From a virus (taxonomy: Duplodnaviria; Caudoviricetes), in the IMG/VR virus record IMGVR_UViG_3300042908_000332, positions 1-60,636 of that record: a stretch of DNA of 60,636 nucleotides. One strand, written 5' to 3'. The notes beneath the pieces were generated by a model, which saw only the letters and a program-made list of their open reading frames with translations, was not told the DNA's origin and did not search any database. The position numbers were made by a program, and so were the translations under genes. This document shows, piece by piece, positions 16,226-25,484 of this stretch. How positions within the stretch are numbered: the first letter of the stretch is position 1; each line of letters opens with the position of its first letter.

Positions 16226-16654
16226 TTAGATTGCGGCAGTCTTTTTGTTTTGTGCCTCAACTTTTGTTTTCGTTACGGCTAATTTGTTGAACTTTGCAAG
16301 TACGTTGATGCCGTCCCATGTAGAATATAAAGCTTTTGGCTTCTTTGTAATTTCAGCTAGAAACTCGATGTAAGACGGCATTTTACTTTTGCCTAGCACT
16401 AGCTTGACATTATCGGCAATTTCTCCCTGTGCCTTGTTCAATCGGTTATAAACTGCGCTTGGGCTTTTGTCCTCGAGCATAATCAAGGTATTGACTAAGC
16501 TTTTGAGTTCGGCTAAGTTAAGCCCCTCAGCTTGTTGCTTAGTTTTTAGCGCATCTAAGCGCATCATTTTTTTGTCAAAAGTTGACAATTTTGTAGCCTC
16601 TACAATTTTAGTAGTTGTTACTTTTTTCGCTGTTTTGTTTTGTGTTGCTTTCAT
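16226..16654 (-). CDS. Lys-rich hypothetical protein, first gene of the leftward arm
   Basis: 142 aa ORF with strong A-rich start region. Confidence 0.75.
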   Translation of the reverse strand: MKATQNKTAKKVTTTKIVEATKLSTFDKKMMRLDALKTKQQAEGLNLAELKSLVNTLIMLEDKSPSAVYNRLNKAQGEIADNVKLVLGKSKMPSYIEFLAEITKKPKALYSTWDGINVLAKFNKLAVTKTKVEAQNKKTAAI

Positions 16655-16692
16655 TTGTTTTGTTTTTTATTGGTTATTAATTAAAGATTAGC

Positions 16693-16759
16693 GGTTCAGT
16701 AGGACTCGAACCTACAAAACAATTAGTTATTTCAAATTGTCTTAATGCCTTTTTGAACC
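16693..16759 (-). ncRNA. tRNA-like element (degenerate D arm, non-canonical anticodon loop)
   Basis: GGTTCA/TGAACC acceptor-like stem, GTAGG-TTCGAGT-CCTAC T arm, ACAATT/AATTGT stem with 10 nt loop. Confidence 0.55.
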
Positions 16760-17467
16760 TTTGCCCTGCTCCATTAATGCAGATATCTATTTATTTATCC
16801 TTTGCCCTTTTTTAATTCGGAAAAAGATTAGAGGATTTTGCTTGTTGCCCCTACAATTGCACATTGTTGCTACCTATTTGCTAATTAGGTTGTGCCTTTG
16901 TCGTTTGGTCTATATAATTGCAAATGCCTTGAAAGGATTAAGCAGCTGCCTTGTTACTGCCGTTCGGTTATGCTTTATGTTGCAATTGCAACTATTCTCA
17001 ATTGAGAGTAAGCCCGAAGCCCTTATTAACTTGCGTTATCATGTAGCCCGTATGTCAATTGTGTTGCGTTCTCGTTTGAACAAGGCTAATCTACAAACTA
17101 AATTTGAATTAACAATAAAAAAGTTTGAAAAAATTTATCGAGAACGTCTGAAACCCTTGAAAAATAAGGGATTTTTGAATTGAGTGAAATACTGGAAATC
17201 GGTAAAATTTAGGCAAAATTGAGACAAATTAACGTGAATTAAACGCAACAAATTGTAGGTATTTTTGGCACAAATTAGGTATAAAAATAGCTATGTAGTA
17301 TGTCTATATTGGACGTATATAAAGCCTAATTATAACAAAGGCGAAGCCGATGCAAAGAACGTGAAGCGAAGGTTGAATAAAAGATAGTTAACTAGCTGAG
17401 AATGAGGATGTTCAGGGCTTCGTTTTCGGTAGAGAATGGGGAGGGGTGCCGGTAAGGCGTATAAGTC

Positions 17468-17533
17468 CCTAAAAAACACAGATACTATTCTGAGTCAACC
17501 TAAAAAATAGAGATACTTTTCAGGACATAACCT
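17468..17533. repeat. imperfect direct repeat in the divergent intergenic region
   Basis: CCTAAAAAAcacAGATACTaTTCtG...AACCT versus CCTAAAAAAtagAGATACTtTTCaG...AACCT. Confidence 0.55.
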
Positions 17534-17856
17534 GATATTAAAGTAAATTAGTAAGGGTATAGCCTTATAGAAGTGGGAGGGGTAGTAGTACTATCGTGGT
17601 ACCCGATGTGGAGGCACATAAATGATTAGTATACAGGCTGATACTATCCCGGCAATAATCAATCAGGGGTACTGCGTACACCTAATTACTTATTTATGGG
17701 CATCAATGATATTCTGTTAGGACCATGTAGAGATAAACAGTATATAGAGTGTATTTGTAAGTTATTGATTAGTAATAAGTTAGTATGTGAAAAAGTATAC
17801 ACAAGTTGTTCTGACAGAAGTATATACAAAGTGCTTGTTTTCTTAAATATAATTTA

Positions 17857-17864
17857 TATATTTG
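17857..17864 (+). promoter_or_regulatory. Bacteroidota -7 promoter element TATATTTG
   Basis: Consensus match 4 nt before the ATG at 17869 (probably leaderless mRNA). Confidence 0.7.
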
Positions 17865-17868
17865 CCAT

Positions 17869-18183
17869 ATGATAAGTAAAAGTGGAGTAGACTTAAGTGT
17901 ATGTGCTTATTGTAAGTGCACGCTTGATGATTACAGTCGTACCGTAGATCATTTGATTCCGAAGAGTAGAGGGGGTAAGTTGAGTAATGCAAATAAAGTA
18001 CCTGCCTGTGGAGATTGTAATAAGATGAAGGGAGATATGAGTGTTACTGAATTCGGGAGGGCTCTAAATGGATTGATATTCTATGAGCATACCCGACATA
18101 AGCAGACGATATCGCATCTGAAGAAAATTAAACTTAATGTGGATTCACTTATTGTGGATCGTAATTTACAATCTAAAAAATGA
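17869..18183 (+). CDS. HNH endonuclease
   Basis: CAYC...TVDHLIPKSRGG...NKVPACGDCNKMKG. Confidence 0.92.
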   Translation: MISKSGVDLSVCAYCKCTLDDYSRTVDHLIPKSRGGKLSNANKVPACGDCNKMKGDMSVTEFGRALNGLIFYEHTRHKQTISHLKKIKLNVDSLIVDRNLQSKK

Positions 18184-18719
18184 ACAACATAGTATTCGAC
18201 TTAATCCTGCTGGAAGCCGACAGGGTAATCAATCAAAAAGTAAAGGGCCTAGATTTGTATTACAAGAATCAGAAGGGAGAGTTCGTTCCTATTGCTGAAG
18301 GGTACAATGCGCAGGCTGACGATGTCATTGCGAACTTATTGCGTAGAAAAAAGATGAGGTACATGATTACCTTCACTGAGTCGCTCACCATTATGAACCA
18401 AGTTAAGCCTTCGGCTAATCGTATGTTGCGCTTTATGACCCAGCAGATGGGGTACGGTAATACTTTGAAAAATTACAGTTTGCGTGATATTCAACAGCTA
18501 ACGGATATGAATATGAAGTTTGTGATGAGTAGCATCAAAGAACTTTGTGCCAAAGATATTATTAGATTTACAACCGAAAAGAATCGCCGAACCTATATGG
18601 TCAACCCTATATACTTTTACAAAGGAACAATTAAGAAGCTCTTCTACTGTGTAAAAGAATTTGATCGTATGCCTCAACGAAATGAGGAACTAGATGAGCA
18701 GTACTCAAATAACGACTAA
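18180..18719 (+). CDS. RepL-like winged-HTH protein
   Basis: HTH SLRDIQQLTDMNMKFVMSSIKEL followed by YMVNPIYFYKG. Confidence 0.7.
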   Translation: MNNIVFDLILLEADRVINQKVKGLDLYYKNQKGEFVPIAEGYNAQADDVIANLLRRKKMRYMITFTESLTIMNQVKPSANRMLRFMTQQMGYGNTLKNYSLRDIQQLTDMNMKFVMSSIKELCAKDIIRFTTEKNRRTYMVNPIYFYKGTIKKLFYCVKEFDRMPQRNEELDEQYSNND

Positions 18720-19604
18720 ATGGAATTAATCAGACACTCAAAAAACATTCACGAAATTAAAGTTGAAGGAACTAAATTTAAACTCGCTATGTTTAGCGAT
18801 ATCCACTGGGATAATCCTAAATGCGATTGGACACTACTCAAAAGAGATTTAGATTACTGCCTTAGAGAATCTATTCCGATGATGTTTAACGGAGATACCT
18901 TCTGCCTTATGCAGGGTAAATGGGATCCAAGAGGTACCAAGTCCGACATCCGCCCTGAGCATAACAACGTTCGCTACCTAGATTCAATCATAGAAACAGC
19001 CGTAGATTTCTTCACCCCATACGCACACCTAATTACTGTTGTCGGATATGGCAACCACGAAACCGCAATACTTAAACGCCATGAGACAGATGTACTTCAG
19101 CGCTTTGTTGACCTGCTTAATTACAAAAACCATACTAACGTTCAAACCGGAGGTTACGGAGGATGGATTGTAATCAATCAGACTACTAGACCTGGAACTA
19201 GAATCTCTACCAAAGTGCGATATTTCCATGGAAGTGGAGGAGGGGGAATAGTGACCCGTGGTGAAATCAATCTTACTCGTGCCCTAGAAATGTATGAGGA
19301 TTTTGAGGTATTTGCGATGGGACATATCCACGAGAATAAATGCACCAATATTGCTAGAGATACCATCGATCATTCAGTTGCAAATGGGTGGTCAAGTAAG
19401 CAAAAGCAAATTCACCTTATGATTACCGGCACCTACAAAGAAGAGTTTGGTGATGGATCTAAAGGATGGCACGTTGAACGTGGAGCACCAGTTAAACCAA
19501 TTGGAAGTAGAATACTTATCATAGACACCAGAAGGACAATAGATAAAAAAAATAATACTGATAGAACAGAAAAATCAATCGATAGTATTAAATTTCCAAT
19601 ATAA
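18720..19604 (+). CDS. calcineurin-like metallophosphoesterase
   Basis: SDIHWD, NGD, GNHE, HG, GHIH motifs. Confidence 0.9.
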   Translation: MELIRHSKNIHEIKVEGTKFKLAMFSDIHWDNPKCDWTLLKRDLDYCLRESIPMMFNGDTFCLMQGKWDPRGTKSDIRPEHNNVRYLDSIIETAVDFFTPYAHLITVVGYGNHETAILKRHETDVLQRFVDLLNYKNHTNVQTGGYGGWIVINQTTRPGTRISTKVRYFHGSGGGGIVTRGEINLTRALEMYEDFEVFAMGHIHENKCTNIARDTIDHSVANGWSSKQKQIHLMITGTYKEEFGDGSKGWHVERGAPVKPIGSRILIIDTRRTIDKKNNTDRTEKSIDSIKFPI

Positions 19605-19608
19605 TTGT

Positions 19609-19616
19609 TATATTTG
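19609..19616 (+). promoter_or_regulatory. Bacteroidota -7 promoter element TATATTTG
   Basis: Consensus match; followed only by ~40 nt and a terminator. Confidence 0.7.
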
Positions 19617-19619
19617 AAC

Positions 19620-19684
19620 TCTTGTTTTTTGTTTGTATCTGTTGTTTTGATCGGTGAGGGGGTGTAATAGCCCCCTTATTTTTT
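19620..19684 (+). ncRNA. candidate U-rich small RNA
   Basis: Promoter, then CTTGTTTTTTGTTTGTATCTGTTGTTTTG, then terminator GAGGGGG-TGTAATAG-CCCCCTT-ATTTTTT, then a new promoter at 19699. Confidence 0.55.
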
Positions 19685-19698
19685 GTTTTAATTATTTG

Positions 19699-19706
19699 TA
19701 TATTTG
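19699..19706 (+). promoter_or_regulatory. Bacteroidota -7 promoter element TATATTTG
   Basis: Consensus match upstream of the ATG at 19723. Confidence 0.7.
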
Positions 19707-19722
19707 TGACAAATACATTTAT

Positions 19723-19902
19723 ATGAAAGGAGATAAATACTGGGCATCCAACCCTAAGAAAAACGGAAGCTACCTTGGACAAGGTCGTGTAGAAGGCCGT
19801 CCGGCATCGCCTAATAGCCTTAAGGAAGATATGTCTTGTGCTTGTAAGCCTGGATTTAAGCTAATGTTCAAGAATACCAAGGACAAAAAGTATTGTGATT
19901 AA
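19723..19902 (+). CDS. small hypothetical protein
   Basis: MKGDKYWASNPKKNG...; after promoter. Confidence 0.6.
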   Translation: MKGDKYWASNPKKNGSYLGQGRVEGRPASPNSLKEDMSCACKPGFKLMFKNTKDKKYCD

Positions 19903-19916
19903 TTAAATTATTTGTT

Positions 19917-20051
19917 ATGAAATCAATGATGAAAAAGAAAATCGGAAAAGCTATTGAAAAAGCAATGGCTAAAGGCGAGGCTAAAATGGAAAAGATGCCT
20001 AAGGGTAAATCTACCAAGCCTGCAATGAAAAAAGGAATGAAGAACTATTAA
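19917..20051 (+). CDS. small Lys/Met-rich basic protein (44 aa, not in ORF track)
   Basis: MKSMMKKKIGKAIEKAMAKGEAKMEKMPKGKSTKPAMKKGMKNY, directly upstream of terL. Confidence 0.6.
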   Translation: MKSMMKKKIGKAIEKAMAKGEAKMEKMPKGKSTKPAMKKGMKNY

Positions 20052-20064
20052 TTCCACTTGCTAT

Positions 20065-22125
20065 ATGCGTCAATCACAAGACGGTATAGCTCGAAGGCCA
20101 ATACTTACCACAGACTGGAAGCCTACACACGCTGAATTTGATTATCCAAAACCATTCGTAGATTGGATTGATAGCATCAACAGCGGCTGGCAGAACAAGA
20201 TAAGTTTTAAGCCTTTCGATTTATACTGCGAACAAGCTAGGATCTGGTTACAGGATGATACCATGTTAACCGACTTCGACAACGAAGAAGATCAATACAA
20301 CTGGCTAGCCACAGAGATACAGAAATGTAACGACAACACATTATACTTCTGTAACAAGTACGGTTTTATTAAAGAAGATAAAGCCGAAAACGGTATGCTA
20401 CGCTATCAAGCGTGGGATGCACAGAAAGTACTCCTATTTTTATTTGACTGCGGATACTCCATGATGATAGGTAAAGCCCGACAAATTGGTTTTACCACTA
20501 CAATGTGTCTTGCAGGGATGAAAAGAGTAAATCTCAACAAGTCCTACTTCATTAAATTCGTTACCCATTCCAAAGATAAAGGTGTCGAGATCTTCCGAGA
20601 TAAAGTAAAGTGGACCTACACTAAGATTCCTGACTACATTGCTCAGGACGTAAAGAACTGGACAGACCAAGTAATGTCATTCGATAAGAAGGGTGAGAAG
20701 AAAGGTCGTGACGAAGGTGGTGCATCTCGCTTTCAGGTAGATAGTCCGCAGGTAGATGCAATCAACGGGGGTTCGCCATCGGCAGTATTCATCGATGAAA
20801 TCGGTCTATTTGACATATTCGGTGAGATGATGCGTGAAGGTCGACCTGCTTTATTTAAGTACAACCCGGAAACTGGCAAGATGACCATGCAACAGCAGTT
20901 CTTAGCATGGGGTACAGGAGGTGAAATGGACAAAGGGGGCTCGGTATTCGAGGCAGAATTTAAGATGTGTCTAAGTCAGTGGAAGGAAAAAAACTACGAG
21001 TATGGAATCATACCATTATTCTTCAACGCCTATGCACGAAGAGGTGTCACAGACGAACACATCAACAACGAACGTAAAGCATACCTTGCATTGGAAGGAA
21101 CCAAAAAAGGAGAAGTTGCCAAAGTTCAGTTCCACCAGCATTATCCTATCACAATTGACGATATGTTCCTGCGAAAAGCAAGAACGCTCGTTCCGATTCA
21201 TTATTGTAATCAAAGATTAAGCGAGATATACGGTAAAGATACACCCATAGAGTACGGTTACTTCGAGCCTATTATGGATATGTCACAGCCAACACCCGAC
21301 CTAATCACCGAATATCGCATTACAGGCGCTAGATGGATCAATACATCAGGTAGAGAAGACGTATCCACCACGGCAATGATTGTACATCACCCACCAAACG
21401 GTGAAATATGGAAGAATCGTTGGTATCAAGGGACTGACCCCATCAATTCAGAGACAGGTCACTCAATGATGTGTAGTGCCATATGGGATTCACTTACTAA
21501 TTCCGTTTCTTCTGTAGTATTCCATAGGGATCGCAAGTTTAAGTACACTTACCTACAGGTACTTTTGCAAAGTCTGTACTATGATCAGCAGAAAAGAGGT
21601 GGCGTAAAGGAACTAGTGGAGAATAACATTGGTGATATGCACGTAGACTTCCAAGAGATACACGGATTTAAGACAAAATTTACCGCTAACGCACAACTTC
21701 CTGAATACTTTCAAACTTATGGTGGGAAATGGTTCGGCATTTCCAACAAAGCTAACACAGCACCAAGGATTATTGCAAAAGTGGAGGAAATGATTGATGC
21801 CTACGGCATCAACATAGACGTTCCGTGGATCTGGGAGCAGCTGAAGACCTTCGTGGAGAAAGATTTGAAGAGCTCAACTAGCCATCGTCAAACTAGATAC
21901 CAAGCTGCGGATACCAGGTATGATTATGATGATGCCATCTTTGCTATTGGTTTTGCATATATCAATGCGCAGGCACACGCAAGGTACGAACCTGAAAACA
22001 TCAAGTCACAGGACAAAGAAACACACGTAATTACCAAATATGTACAGTCAAAAGAAACAAATTATCGTATGAAGTTGGCTAAGGTAGATAAGCGCACGGG
22101 TCGTATCCTAAAAATATTGAACTAA
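20065..22125 (+). CDS. terL: terminase large subunit
   Basis: GKARQIGFTT Walker A, VFIDEIG Walker B, WGTGG coupling motif, GTDP and YDDAIFA nuclease aspartates. Confidence 0.92.
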   Translation: MRQSQDGIARRPILTTDWKPTHAEFDYPKPFVDWIDSINSGWQNKISFKPFDLYCEQARIWLQDDTMLTDFDNEEDQYNWLATEIQKCNDNTLYFCNKYGFIKEDKAENGMLRYQAWDAQKVLLFLFDCGYSMMIGKARQIGFTTTMCLAGMKRVNLNKSYFIKFVTHSKDKGVEIFRDKVKWTYTKIPDYIAQDVKNWTDQVMSFDKKGEKKGRDEGGASRFQVDSPQVDAINGGSPSAVFIDEIGLFDIFGEMMREGRPALFKYNPETGKMTMQQQFLAWGTGGEMDKGGSVFEAEFKMCLSQWKEKNYEYGIIPLFFNAYARRGVTDEHINNERKAYLALEGTKKGEVAKVQFHQHYPITIDDMFLRKARTLVPIHYCNQRLSEIYGKDTPIEYGYFEPIMDMSQPTPDLITEYRITGARWINTSGREDVSTTAMIVHHPPNGEIWKNRWYQGTDPINSETGHSMMCSAIWDSLTNSVSSVVFHRDRKFKYTYLQVLLQSLYYDQQKRGGVKELVENNIGDMHVDFQEIHGFKTKFTANAQLPEYFQTYGGKWFGISNKANTAPRIIAKVEEMIDAYGINIDVPWIWEQLKTFVEKDLKSSTSHRQTRYQAADTRYDYDDAIFAIGFAYINAQAHARYEPENIKSQDKETHVITKYVQSKETNYRMKLAKVDKRTGRILKILN

Positions 22126-22132
22126 AAACAAG

Positions 22133-22140
22133 TATCTTTG
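22133..22140 (+). promoter_or_regulatory. Bacteroidota -7 promoter element TATCTTTG
   Basis: Consensus match upstream of 22158. Confidence 0.65.
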
Positions 22141-22157
22141 CTATAAATTAATTAGTT

Positions 22158-22433
22158 ATGCCAATTCAACAAAGATCACAGCTTAAAGGATTTGGACAAA
22201 GTTCAAACGAAAGATACATTGTAGAAGATATCAATGATATCATTACTGAACTTAATGAAGGAGGAGGTCAAGAAGTTTTAGGTTCAAGTATTTGGGCTAA
22301 TGGCTTTACAATCGTAGGGGCTATTACAGAAGACATTACTCTTCCTGCTGGTGCTACAATTAATTACACAGGTCCATTATTAATGGGTGCAAATTTAACT
22401 ATTCCAACAGGAACAACTTTAAATATTTTATAA
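22158..22433 (+). CDS. small structural/fibre-associated protein
   Basis: Shares N-terminal MPIQQRSQLKGFGQS..E.YIVEDIND with 23267; beta-rich C-terminus. Confidence 0.7.
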   Translation: MPIQQRSQLKGFGQSSNERYIVEDINDIITELNEGGGQEVLGSSIWANGFTIVGAITEDITLPAGATINYTGPLLMGANLTIPTGTTLNIL

Positions 22434-22451
22434 TTTTATAAAAAAATAATC

Positions 22452-23264
22452 ATGAGTCAGATTAACGTAGATATTATTGAACCATTTACAGGTGGTTCCG
22501 ATTTAGTTACAGTAAATGGAATTATTTGTTCTACTCCATCAAGCGGAACAATTCAATTAACTAGTGGTTTTGCTGTTGCAAATGCTGCAACTATTTCCAC
22601 ATTGGTTGGAGATAGAGCTGGAGAAGGAAATACAAATACAGCCAATACATTTATTGGATATAGAGCAGGTAGATATGCTACAAATGGCTTAGGTGTATTT
22701 GTTGGTAATAGCTCAGGTGTTAACTGTACGGGATTAGCAAATACATTTGTAGGAAATTTAGCTGGTCAATCTGTTACAGGTGATTTGAATGTTTATATTG
22801 GTAATAGCGCAGGTAACAATGCTGGTTCAGGTTCAAATAACGTTGCTATTGGTAATCAATCTCTTCCTGCAACCACATCAACTTCAAACTCTATTACTTT
22901 AGGAAATGTAAGTCACAATGTTCTTCGTTGTGCCGTAACATCAATCACATCATTGTCTGATGCTCGTGATAAAAAAGATGTTGCTGACCTTAGCGTTGGT
23001 CTTGAGTTCGTAAAAGGTCTACGTCCAGTTGAATTTGTATGGGATGACCGTGATGAAAACGGGAAACACAATGTTGCTGACTTTGGATTTATTGCACAAG
23101 ATTTAAAAGCTGCTCAAGAAGATGCTGAAATGGCTGATGTATTAAAACTTGTTTATGATGAGAATCCTGAAAAACTTGAAGCTTCTTACGGTAAACTTCT
23201 TCCTATCTTAGTAAAAGCTATCCAAGAGTTAGCTGCTGAAGTAGAAACATTAAAAAATAAGTAA
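22452..23264 (+). CDS. fibre/spike protein with C-terminal intramolecular chaperone (peptidase S74)
   Basis: NTF(I/V)G..AG beta-helix repeats; SDARDKKDV...LRPVEFVW...GFIAQDL...LVKAIQEL. Confidence 0.88.
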   Translation: MSQINVDIIEPFTGGSDLVTVNGIICSTPSSGTIQLTSGFAVANAATISTLVGDRAGEGNTNTANTFIGYRAGRYATNGLGVFVGNSSGVNCTGLANTFVGNLAGQSVTGDLNVYIGNSAGNNAGSGSNNVAIGNQSLPATTSTSNSITLGNVSHNVLRCAVTSITSLSDARDKKDVADLSVGLEFVKGLRPVEFVWDDRDENGKHNVADFGFIAQDLKAAQEDAEMADVLKLVYDENPEKLEASYGKLLPILVKAIQELAAEVETLKNK

Positions 23265-23266
23265 TC

Positions 23267-23854
23267 ATGCCTATTCAACAACGTTCTCAATTAAAAGGAT
23301 TTGGTCAAAGCACCAATGAAAAATATATCGTAGAGGATATTAACGACTTAGTTACTGCTGCAAATAATGTTACTCCATCTGGACCATTTTATTTAAATGC
23401 GACAGGAGGAACAAGTATAGTAAACGTCAATACAATTGAAATATCTAACTCTATATTGATTCCCGCAAATACAATTACAACAAGTGCCGTAATGGAGCTT
23501 TTATTTAGAGCTGTAAAAAATGATGCAAACACAACATTATTTTATTGCTATATTTATAAAAATACTGTAAATTCAATTTCAGGCGCATCATTATTGGGTA
23601 CTATAACAGCTGGAACATCGTCAAAATCATACAAAACAAATGCTCAGAGATTTATAAATTATAAATCATCAAATTTAGAAATTATTGATCCTTCATTTGC
23701 GTCTACTACTGATTTAGAATCATCCACTAGTGGATCTATATCATTGGTATCCTTTAATCCATCAGTAGACAATTATATTTTATTAGCAGTTGGAGCCGCA
23801 TCTACTACAGCTACCTGTCAAGTTTCATTTTCAAAACTAGAAATCCATGATTAA
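23267..23854 (+). CDS. fibre/decoration protein
   Basis: Shared N-terminal tag with 22158; Ser/Thr-rich beta-sandwich-like body. Confidence 0.7.
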   Translation: MPIQQRSQLKGFGQSTNEKYIVEDINDLVTAANNVTPSGPFYLNATGGTSIVNVNTIEISNSILIPANTITTSAVMELLFRAVKNDANTTLFYCYIYKNTVNSISGASLLGTITAGTSSKSYKTNAQRFINYKSSNLEIIDPSFASTTDLESSTSGSISLVSFNPSVDNYILLAVGAASTTATCQVSFSKLEIHD

Positions 23855-24047
23855 TATAGAAAAAATTAGTGGAGGATTCGAGATGAATTCAAAACAATAT
23901 GAATTAAAAACTAAAGTAGATGTATACAATGACACTCAATGTGTTGTTGAGACCGATCAAGGTTATATATTTATAGATACTAGCATTACTATTGGCGGTA
24001 ACTCATACGAGAATGTCAATGATATGATTGATTATTTAAAATCTTAA
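23847..24047 (+). CDS. small hypothetical protein (possible fibre chaperone)
   Basis: Overlaps upstream fibre gene. Confidence 0.6.
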   Translation: MINIEKISGGFEMNSKQYELKTKVDVYNDTQCVVETDQGYIFIDTSITIGGNSYENVNDMIDYLKS

Positions 24048-24054
24048 TAGTATA

Positions 24055-24399
24055 CTAATGATTTTTAATATGAACTAGGTCTTTATCGAGGCCTAGTTTT
24101 TTATTTTCCCAAACTATTCCGTATTTATTATTTACGGCTTGATGGTAATCATCTAAAATAGAAAGAAACAATTTCATTTCTTTTTTGTTTAACATCTTGC
24201 AGGACATATTCTTGTACTTAGGATACTCTTCGAATACTCCTTTATTCATGTTAATCCAGTATAGATGATATTCTGATTTCTTTCGATGATATTCAAATGC
24301 AGGATATACGAAAGATTTGAGGATAAAGTGCTGAGTCTTATTTTCTAAAACTTGTTTAAGTTTGTTGCTTGAATAGGCACTAGATGTGCTCATAGGCAT
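24055..24399 (-). CDS. hypothetical protein
   Basis: Last gene of inverted cassette. Confidence 0.65.
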   Translation of the reverse strand: MPMSTSSAYSSNKLKQVLENKTQHFILKSFVYPAFEYHRKKSEYHLYWINMNKGVFEEYPKYKNMSCKMLNKKEMKLFLSILDDYHQAVNNKYGIVWENKKLGLDKDLVHIKNH

Positions 24400-25120
24400 T
24401 CCAAATTAGGTCTACTTCATTACTTAAATCAAGTGTTTCAATGACCTTAAAGCTCTCATTCACTTCATTTAACCAACAAATATAGGAATTACCTAATTTA
24501 ATTTGACAATTTTTCTCAATTATTTTTTTATACACGCCTAACTGAAGACTATATTTGACGAGCTCACATGATTCTAGATGCGTAATTGGCCCTGACATCT
24601 TCTTGTTGTAAATTGATTTTGAATCAATCTTCTTGCTAGTCTTGTAGTCCCATATCTGAAGCTCTTTAGCTCTGACGTTATAGAATAACTTGTCAATCAT
24701 TCCACAAATACCTCTTTCTTTATCTCCTACAACCCATTCCATTTTTACAGGAATAAGTCTACCCTTAGCCATAGAGTAAAAATCTTCCACCATTCCCATT
24801 AAATTTACGGGGATTAGATGAGTATGATCAGGCGTATAGCATTTCTGATTGAACCGCATCTCTGCGTACTTGTGTATCTCTGTTCCTACTAATGCGGATC
24901 GATCTCTGACGTTTTCCCAGCTCTTAAGGACCTCGAACATCTCTAAGCCATGCTTCTTTGCGTATAGGCTTGCCATGAGCTCCTGATTGAATATAGGCTC
25001 AAAGTTTTTAATCATGGTGGTTACAGACATACACTCAACACCATCATACAGGTACTTATGCTCGTCCTCATGGAATACAATCCCATTGAACTTATCTAAT
25101 TTTTCAAATATCTCAAACAT
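24380..25120 (-). CDS. PD-(D/E)XK exonuclease (Cas4/RecB-like)
   Basis: FHEDEHKY, SVTT, GTEIHKYAE, ICGMIDKLF, IWDYKT, YSLQLGVY. Confidence 0.88.
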   Translation of the reverse strand: MFEIFEKLDKFNGIVFHEDEHKYLYDGVECMSVTTMIKNFEPIFNQELMASLYAKKHGLEMFEVLKSWENVRDRSALVGTEIHKYAEMRFNQKCYTPDHTHLIPVNLMGMVEDFYSMAKGRLIPVKMEWVVGDKERGICGMIDKLFYNVRAKELQIWDYKTSKKIDSKSIYNKKMSGPITHLESCELVKYSLQLGVYKKIIEKNCQIKLGNSYICWLNEVNESFKVIETLDLSNEVDLIWNAYEHI

Positions 25121-25397
25121 TCTGTAACTCTAATTCTTCAATTAATTCCTCAACTAATTTCTCAGCAATAGCATCATCTTCAGAATACGGACGAAATCTA
25201 TTGGCTAGAAAATATTCATACGGAGAGTTTGATGGCATTTCTATCTCAGCAAGTTTATACCCAAGAACCATATGCTGTCTTGCCAACTTTGCCGCATCTA
25301 CAACTGTGTAAACTGAACCCTTCTTAATCCAAGATGATTTAGGAAATGTACTTGGCATTCCTGAATCGTTAACGCAAATTACTTTGAAATTATTCAT
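25113..25397 (-). CDS. hypothetical protein
   Basis: MNNFKVICVND...WIKKGSVYTV...YFLANRFRP; ORF-track extension to 25517 overlaps the RNA leader. Confidence 0.75.
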   Translation of the reverse strand: MNNFKVICVNDSGMPSTFPKSSWIKKGSVYTVVDAAKLARQHMVLGYKLAEIEMPSNSPYEYFLANRFRPYSEDDAIAEKLVEELIEELELQNV

Positions 25398-25401
25398 GTC
25401 T

Positions 25402-25484
25402 AAAAAATAACCCCCCGTAAGACTAGCAGGAAAACAGGGGGTAGAAAAACCTTTATGAAGAAAATGCTGAGGTGCTAGTCTCGG
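25402..25484 (-). ncRNA. attenuator leader/small RNA with complementary loops
   Basis: Promoter TAGGTTTG (25487-25494); 5' AGACTAGCA complementary to TGCTAGTCT in the loop of terminator ACCCCCTGT/ACGGGGGGT-TATTTTTT. Confidence 0.65.

Noticed and set aside
16761-17183. 140 aa plus-strand ORF
   Set aside because: TTG start, atypical composition, antisense to the early leader
24380-25120. Cas4-like nuclease suggesting CRISPR
   Set aside because: No repeat-spacer array or other cas genes seen; lacks a clear four-Cys Fe-S pattern
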